Shown here: positions 58,790 through 64,000 of the stretch, piece after piece
How the letters are laid out: every line of letters begins with the position of its first letter
Position numbering within the stretch: position 1 is the first letter of the stretch
Source: a virus
Lineage: Duplodnaviria > Caudoviricetes
DNA: 64,000 bases
Virus record (IMG/VR): IMGVR_UViG_2671180244_000004
Coordinates: 32,001 to 96,000 of that record
Direction: 5' to 3' (one strand)
Translations under genes and position numbers: made by a program
The notes under the pieces: model-generated
Seen by the model: only the letters and a program-made list of their open reading frames with translations
Told to the model about the DNA's origin: nothing
The model's database searches: none

Positions 58790-58914
58790 TCAGAATCAAG
58801 ATCCTTCTTATGAGGGATTTTGCTTATGATTGAAGTAAAATGTAAAAAAAGAAGGTAATTTATCCTATCATGTCGAAATGTTCTTATATAGAATAATGAT
58901 AGGAGAGAAAAAAG

Positions 58915-59415
58915 TTGCATTCCATTGGTATTAGAGTTTTAACCAAAAGAAAAGAATCAAAAGGGAAAATATTTTTTGCAGTAATCGAGATCGAGAATGG
59001 CAATCTAAATTTAATTAGAACATCCAGTATTACAATTCCAGCCTCTCTAGAAGTTCCAGAACAGTTGGCATATATAAGAACGAATCTTCTAGCACTAATG
59101 AAAGAATTTAACGTTAAATTCGCTGGGTTAAGAATTGTTGAGGGATCTGCGAACACTCAAATTTCATACCGGAAAAATATTGAGGGAGTTATCCAAGAGC
59201 TTTTTGCAAATAGTGAGATTAAAGCTTATGATCTATTGCTAATTAATAAATTCGCAAGAATATTTAGCAAAAGTACTGCTGAAATAAAAAGCGTAATCGA
59301 AGGCGAACTTGATTTTGCTGGCATCTCGAAAGAAGAGTGGAAATCGCATCCTAAAGAAATTAGAGAAAGCATTCTGGCTAGCCTTTCAATTGTCTCATGG
59401 GGGGAAGCTGTATGA
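58915..59415 (+). CDS. RNase H/RuvC-like fold hypothetical protein
   Basis: SIGIR beta strand, FFAVI, EGVIQ pattern; overlaps the kinase start. Confidence 0.6.
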   Translation: MHSIGIRVLTKRKESKGKIFFAVIEIENGNLNLIRTSSITIPASLEVPEQLAYIRTNLLALMKEFNVKFAGLRIVEGSANTQISYRKNIEGVIQELFANSEIKAYDLLLINKFARIFSKSTAEIKSVIEGELDFAGISKEEWKSHPKEIRESILASLSIVSWGEAV

Positions 59416-60464
59416 TAACTTATACTGACACTATTTTAAAACTAGAGCTCAAAAAAGAAATTGGGGTTGAGGGTAGAAACTCAACTGTTCATATAGCTTA
59501 TGACCCTCAGCTAGATACCGATTTAGTAATAAAGAAAATAAGTAAAACTGATTTCACAAAAGTTGAGGAATATTTCACCGAAGCTCAAATGCTTTATTTT
59601 ACACAGCACCCCAATATAATGCCAGTAAAGTATGCCTCACAGGATGAGCAAAATGTATATATTGCGATGGAATTTATGGAAAAAGGTTCTCTTAACAGCC
59701 TTATAGAAGAGCGCTTCTTAACACCTAGGGAAATAATTAAAATATCTTTAGAATTCCTTTCTGGTATACACTTTATGCATGCAAAGAAACTTGTGCACTT
59801 TGACATAAAACCAACAAACATCTTAATTAACAATGCTAACAAAGCGATCGTAACTGATTTTGGTACAAGTAAATATTTAAATGATTTTGGTTTAGCAAGA
59901 CCTGATAAATTATACAGTCTACACATCCCTCCAGAAAAATTCGATTTTGGGCACTTCTCATTCTTTAGTGACATTTACCAGGCCGGTCTTACAATATATA
60001 GAATGTGCAATGGCAACAAATTTTTCATCGAACAGCTAACAGACTTGAACCTAAAAAATGCAGAAGAACTTGCTGATGCTATTTCTTCCAACAAGTTTCC
60101 TAATAAGAAAATGTTTCTTCCGCATATTCCAAAAGAATTAAGAAATATTATAATTAAATCACTTTCGATAAATGTTGAGAATAGATACCAAAGTGTTTTG
60201 GAAATGATGAATGATCTTGCTAAACTTGAAAATAAGTTAGATTGGGGTTACAATGAAACAACAAACACACATTCGATTGTTTCGTATAAAACAGAAAACC
60301 ACATATCAGAAGTTACTATTCTAAGAAGTGAATTAGGTGAATGGTATACTGAAGGGTATAAAATAAGACTAGTCGATGGCAAACGAACAAAAATACATAA
60401 ATTCTTTATTAAAAATTTAAAAACCAGGCAAGAAGCTTTTGAAGCAGTCTTCAAAATTCTTTAA
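59412..60464 (+). CDS. Hanks-type Ser/Thr protein kinase
   Basis: VIKK, HPNI, HFDIKPTN, DFG, PPE, SDIYQAG motifs. Confidence 0.92.
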   Translation: MITYTDTILKLELKKEIGVEGRNSTVHIAYDPQLDTDLVIKKISKTDFTKVEEYFTEAQMLYFTQHPNIMPVKYASQDEQNVYIAMEFMEKGSLNSLIEERFLTPREIIKISLEFLSGIHFMHAKKLVHFDIKPTNILINNANKAIVTDFGTSKYLNDFGLARPDKLYSLHIPPEKFDFGHFSFFSDIYQAGLTIYRMCNGNKFFIEQLTDLNLKNAEELADAISSNKFPNKKMFLPHIPKELRNIIIKSLSINVENRYQSVLEMMNDLAKLENKLDWGYNETTNTHSIVSYKTENHISEVTILRSELGEWYTEGYKIRLVDGKRTKIHKFFIKNLKTRQEAFEAVFKIL

Positions 60465-60487
60465 TTCAAGAAAGGTGGGAATGAGTC

Positions 60488-60670
60488 ATGGGTTTTGAAC
60501 TCAAATTGAATACTAAGAAAAACAATACAGCTCCATACCCCCTTTGCACCTTGAAAGAAAGATTGATTAAAGATAAAGCAGTAGATATGAGGAATAATTA
60601 CCGAATAATTGATTTGGAAAATGGTTTTGTTAAAGTAGTACCAATTGATGAAAATAAATTAGTTAGATAA
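60488..60670 (+). CDS. small hypothetical protein
   Basis: 60 aa, RBS AAAGGTGG, followed by a terminator. Confidence 0.55.
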   Translation: MGFELKLNTKKNNTAPYPLCTLKERLIKDKAVDMRNNYRIIDLENGFVKVVPIDENKLVR

Positions 60671-60693
60671 ACCTCACTTAACATGGGGTTTTT
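60669..60693 (+). terminator. rho-independent terminator
   Basis: AAACCTCA-cttaaca-TGGGGTTT followed by a T run. Confidence 0.6.
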
Positions 60694-60753
60694 CTATGTC
60701 ATCATTTAACAACTTTCCCCTGCTGCCGATAATTCTGTTGAGGTGGTAAAGGA

Positions 60754-61272
60754 ATGAGTTGGTACCCGTTCAAAAATTTTAGGGAAAAGAAAGCTGCTAT
60801 AAAAAAGTTTAAAAACGAAGAGTTCAACAAAGCAAATCTTAGGAATAACTTAGTGAGCATGAAAACAAATGTGTTCGTTGAATATTTAGAATTTCACTTC
60901 TCTCTCGATGGACAGAAGTATCGATCTTATAGAAGTAAGCTTCGAGTAATAAATTCACTTGAAGAAGAAGTGCTGCTGATAGCCATTTCGAGAATTAAGG
61001 GGTTTGAAAAGGTATATGAAACTAAGTATATTACTTTCTATGTCGGTGCTATTCTCACAGCTGTAATACAAGTATTAACAACATTCGGCAATTTGTTTCC
61101 TGGTTACACTATTGTTGTTAGCCTTATTGTTATGGCTTTTTCCATTTTAACATTAAAGTTATTTTTAAATTTAATGATTAAGGATAAAAAATTCATAGCT
61201 GTGCTTATCTCATTTAGAGATTTATTAGAGAAAACTCTAGACAGAAAGAACCTGCTAGATGAAAGTGATTAA
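60754..61272 (+). CDS. two-TM membrane protein (paralog 1)
   Basis: EEFNKANLRNNLVSM, shared with the next gene; two TM helices. Confidence 0.75.
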   Translation: MSWYPFKNFREKKAAIKKFKNEEFNKANLRNNLVSMKTNVFVEYLEFHFSLDGQKYRSYRSKLRVINSLEEEVLLIAISRIKGFEKVYETKYITFYVGAILTAVIQVLTTFGNLFPGYTIVVSLIVMAFSILTLKLFLNLMIKDKKFIAVLISFRDLLEKTLDRKNLLDESD

Positions 61273-61378
61273 TTTCTCTCTCCCCTATTTCCACATGAAG
61301 ATTTCTATGTATTATAAATTATGATCACACTCAAAATTGCTGTCTTTCTTCCGATATTATCCATGAGGTGGTAAAGGA

Positions 61379-61924
61379 ATGCTATTTAAGTTATTGGAAA
61401 AAATATATGAAAAGAAATTCGAAAGGGAGATAGCTGATTTCAAGGACGAGGATTTCAATGCATACAACCTGAAACGTAATTTGGTAACCATGAGTTCAGT
61501 GTCTCTTACTAACTATTTAACACTCCATTTCCCAAGAAATGGGCAGGGGTATTCTAAACATAAAAGAAAATTTGAAAAAATTAAATCATTGGATCAAGAA
61601 GATATATCGGCTGCAATTGCAAGAATGGATAGGATCAATCATGTTAATGATCAGAAGAGATTCTTCTTCTTTATTGGAGCGCTGTTTACAATTATCGCTA
61701 CTGTAATAGCTACTATTCTTAGAAAAATAAAATTCGATCCTGATGCATCCAATTTAGAAATTGTTGCAACTATCTCTATGGTATACACTATCCCCATTAT
61801 TATTTATCTGATGTTTTCATGGGCTGTGATAATGGACAGCTTAAACAAAGCAACAGTTAATTATTTTAAGGACTTGCTTATCCTTGCAAGAGATGAGAAA
61901 AAGAATGATATTGAAATTGATTAG
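61379..61924 (+). CDS. two-TM membrane protein (paralog 2)
   Basis: EDFNAYNLKRNLVTM; same 5' leader TGAGGTGGTAAAGGAATG. Confidence 0.75.
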   Translation: MLFKLLEKIYEKKFEREIADFKDEDFNAYNLKRNLVTMSSVSLTNYLTLHFPRNGQGYSKHKRKFEKIKSLDQEDISAAIARMDRINHVNDQKRFFFFIGALFTIIATVIATILRKIKFDPDASNLEIVATISMVYTIPIIIYLMFSWAVIMDSLNKATVNYFKDLLILARDEKKNDIEID

Positions 61925-62307
61925 ATGCTCCCCTGCCCTTTTTATTCATACGGTTTTTCTTCATCCCAAATTGCAGTTTTACAAAGGGAGTAGTTTTAAA
62001 CGGCACTCTATCAGTATGACAGGAACACTATGCCGGTCATCACTATCATTTAAAATGAGGGTATTCAGCTGCCTAAGTTGAACTTAGGGACATATATAAA
62101 TCCACTCTCATTTAAAATGATAGTGGAAAAGTCCACTTTCCGAATACTGTCGTTTTAAACTACGGTATTATATTTAGAGTGAAATAGATTCTGGTGTCAT
62201 TTTAAATGACACCAGCTTCACGATTAAGAATGAGTATCCCCTGCCCTGTTCCTCTGAATTGGGGATCATGGTATACTATAGGAAAAATATACTGGTGGTG
62301 GGAATGA

Positions 62308-62934
62308 GTGGGTTGGTGGATAACACTTGCTGTAGTACTCATTGTTTGTTGGTTTTTAATCAAACTAGACATGTTTGCTGATAAAGAAAAGATTAAAGAA
62401 GATAACATAAGAAAAAATTTTCTAAGCCATGGCATTAAATCTGATGTGTCATGTATAGACCAAGATTTCAGAAGGAAAATTGTTCTCGATGAAGCAAATA
62501 ATCAATTTGTTATTTATGAAATGTTTGATGGAAATCGAATAGAAGAACAGCAAGTTTCATTTGAGAAAATTATTAAATCTGAAATCTTCTTTGATGATAA
62601 TGCAGTAACTAAGGTATCTAGAGGTGGACAGGTTTCAGGTGCATTAGTTGGTGGTCTTGTTGGTGGCGGGGTAGGTGCTCTCATTGGAGGTTTATCTTCT
62701 AGTACTACTCAAACAAAGACTTTTAAAAGTATTGACTTAAAATTAACAGTCGAAGACTTTAAAAATCCTATTGTGAAATTCCCTTTCATGCCAACAAAAA
62801 ATGAAATTGGATTTGAATTAATTAATGGTCTCAAAGCTGAAGATCCAAAAGTTAAACTAGCCCTACAAAATGCGGAAAAATGGCAAGGGATACTTGAGGT
62901 TGCTATTAGGAAAGCAAGTAGAGTCGCTCATTGA
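62308..62934 (+). CDS. membrane protein with glycine zipper (YomJ-like)
   Basis: N-terminal TM; GALVGGLVGGGVGALIGG. Confidence 0.7.
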   Translation: MGWWITLAVVLIVCWFLIKLDMFADKEKIKEDNIRKNFLSHGIKSDVSCIDQDFRRKIVLDEANNQFVIYEMFDGNRIEEQQVSFEKIIKSEIFFDDNAVTKVSRGGQVSGALVGGLVGGGVGALIGGLSSSTTQTKTFKSIDLKLTVEDFKNPIVKFPFMPTKNEIGFELINGLKAEDPKVKLALQNAEKWQGILEVAIRKASRVAH

Positions 62935-62950
62935 TTTGGGCGACTCTTTA
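62920..62950. terminator. terminator between convergent genes
   Basis: AGAGTCGCTCA-ttgatt-TGGGCGACTCT. Confidence 0.7.
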
Positions 62951-63178
62951 TTAATTATTTAAACGGCTTTCTACTTCAAACATTCTTTTATTCAACAGCT
63001 CTGTTTTATTTTCCACATTCTGCAGCTGTTTCAAATGGGCTTTTATGTCTCTAGGTTCATTCTCCTCAATGCGTCTTAAGGACTCTTCAATTCCGTCCAA
63101 TCTTTTGTTAACAGTTTCAAATCCGTCGCTTACTTCTTTACGCATCTCTTGAATTGCTTTTAAAATTTGATTTTCCAC
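62951..63178 (-). CDS. coiled-coil hypothetical protein
   Basis: 75 aa, RBS GAGGTGA. Confidence 0.65.
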   Translation of the reverse strand: MENQILKAIQEMRKEVSDGFETVNKRLDGIEESLRRIEENEPRDIKAHLKQLQNVENKTELLNKRMFEVESRLNN

Positions 63179-63225
63179 TTTGTTTCACCTCTCCGCTAAT
63201 TATAGCATCATTGCAATGCTTTTGT

Positions 63226-63441
63226 TTAAGACTCTTCCCTTACAAACTCAACAACCTCTTGAATAGCGCAATCTAAATAATCACATATTTTGTGAATTAC
63301 CGTTAATGCAACATACTCATTCTTATTTAATTTTGCAACCGTTGCGGGAGCAATCCCTAAATCAGCTTTCAAATCAGCAGTTGTTTTATCTTTTAGTACG
63401 AGTGTGATTTTTAAAGGTTTGTAACTTAATTTGGATTCCAT
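63226..63441 (-). CDS. Cro/CI-type HTH regulator
   Basis: SYKPL...ATVAKLNKNEYVAL..I.KICDYLDC. Confidence 0.85.
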   Translation of the reverse strand: MESKLSYKPLKITLVLKDKTTADLKADLGIAPATVAKLNKNEYVALTVIHKICDYLDCAIQEVVEFVREES

Positions 63442-63695
63442 TCGTATACCTCTCTATTCGCTTTCTTGAATTAATAATAACACATGTTAGTTTGATTATA
63501 AACAAACTTAAAAATAAATTCAAAAATATGTATTGACTACTTATTCACGTTAGCTTATCATTAATTCACGAAAGCGAAAAATTATTCACAAAAACTTAAA
63601 CAATGGAGGATTATATGAAACATTTGCAGTTTGGGTAACTGGGGAAGCCTATTACCTAGGCTAAACAAAAGAAATCGCTGTTAGGAGGAGCAGAA

Positions 63696-63932
63696 ATGTC
63701 AGTTAACAATGTTACTGGGACTATATTGTTAGACGTTTCAAAAAATGTTGATTCTAATAAAGAGGAATTGGCTATCTTGGAGTCTTACTACTCTATTTCA
63801 GAAGAAAGAGTACAACTAGACGAATTATTACTCGTGCACAAGAATGGCAAAAAATTAGGAACTGTAAAGGTACATAACGTTAGTATTTCTTGGAATAATT
63901 TTAATGGGGGAATGAAAAATGAATCAATTTGA
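63696..63932 (+). CDS. hypothetical protein
   Basis: 78 aa, RBS AGGAGG. Confidence 0.65.
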   Translation: MSVNNVTGTILLDVSKNVDSNKEELAILESYYSISEERVQLDELLLVHKNGKKLGTVKVHNVSISWNNFNGGMKNESI

Positions 63933-64000
63933 AAGAGCTTTTGATTATAAAGGGAATAATGTAAGAACGTTTATGAGAGATGAAGAAACTTGGTTTGTTG
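63919..64000 (+). CDS. BRO-N domain (antirepressor-like) protein, truncated by the window
   Basis: MNQFERAFDYKGNNVRTFMRDEETWFV matches the BRO-N start F.F....VR......EPWFV. Confidence 0.7.
   Translation, partial: MNQFERAFDYKGNNVRTFMRDEETWFV

Larger units (their letters stand above)
1..64000. mobile_element. SPbeta-like temperate phage/prophage (internal segment)
   Basis: SPbeta-like gene order and sizes: yorJ-I-H-G-F, ligB, yopS-R-Q-P-O-N-M, aimP/aimR, yonT, yonO, hupN, yonK-yomM. AT-rich; no host housekeeping genes seen. Confidence 0.95.

Overview
The whole window is the central ~64 kb of an SPbeta-like temperate Bacillus phage or prophage. No att site or host gene is visible. SPbeta gene names are assigned from recalled protein sizes, motifs and synteny, not from a database search. 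Left arm (minus strand): replication genes (primase, DnaB-like helicase, yorH/G/F), then a long array of small accessory genes (guanylate kinase, ligB, SLOG/YoqJ, RNase HI). These are followed by the lysogeny operon yopM-R, an arbitrium aimR-aimP pair (predicted signal AIGNGG), a second small-gene array, yonV, the yonT/yoyJ/SR6 toxin-antitoxin locus and a tubulin/FtsZ-like plus wHTH pair. Right arm (plus strand): YonO RNA polymerase, HU, a long structured non-coding stretch, head and tail genes, tyrosine recombinase YomM, and a moron cluster (Ser/Thr kinase module, membrane proteins, HTH/BRO switch). Two signals stand out. (1) About 24 copies of an 18-bp palindrome, WTRAAA-N6-TTTYAW with a variable 6-bp core, sit almost only at accessory-gene boundaries, often overlapping stop codons; one lies at the yomM stop. 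This suggests an integron-like gene-cassette shuffling system. (2) Two RBS-equipped micro-ORFs just upstream of aimR (MIVEAIKVGG, MADIRPGG) look like leaderless, intracellular arbitrium-peptide mimics.
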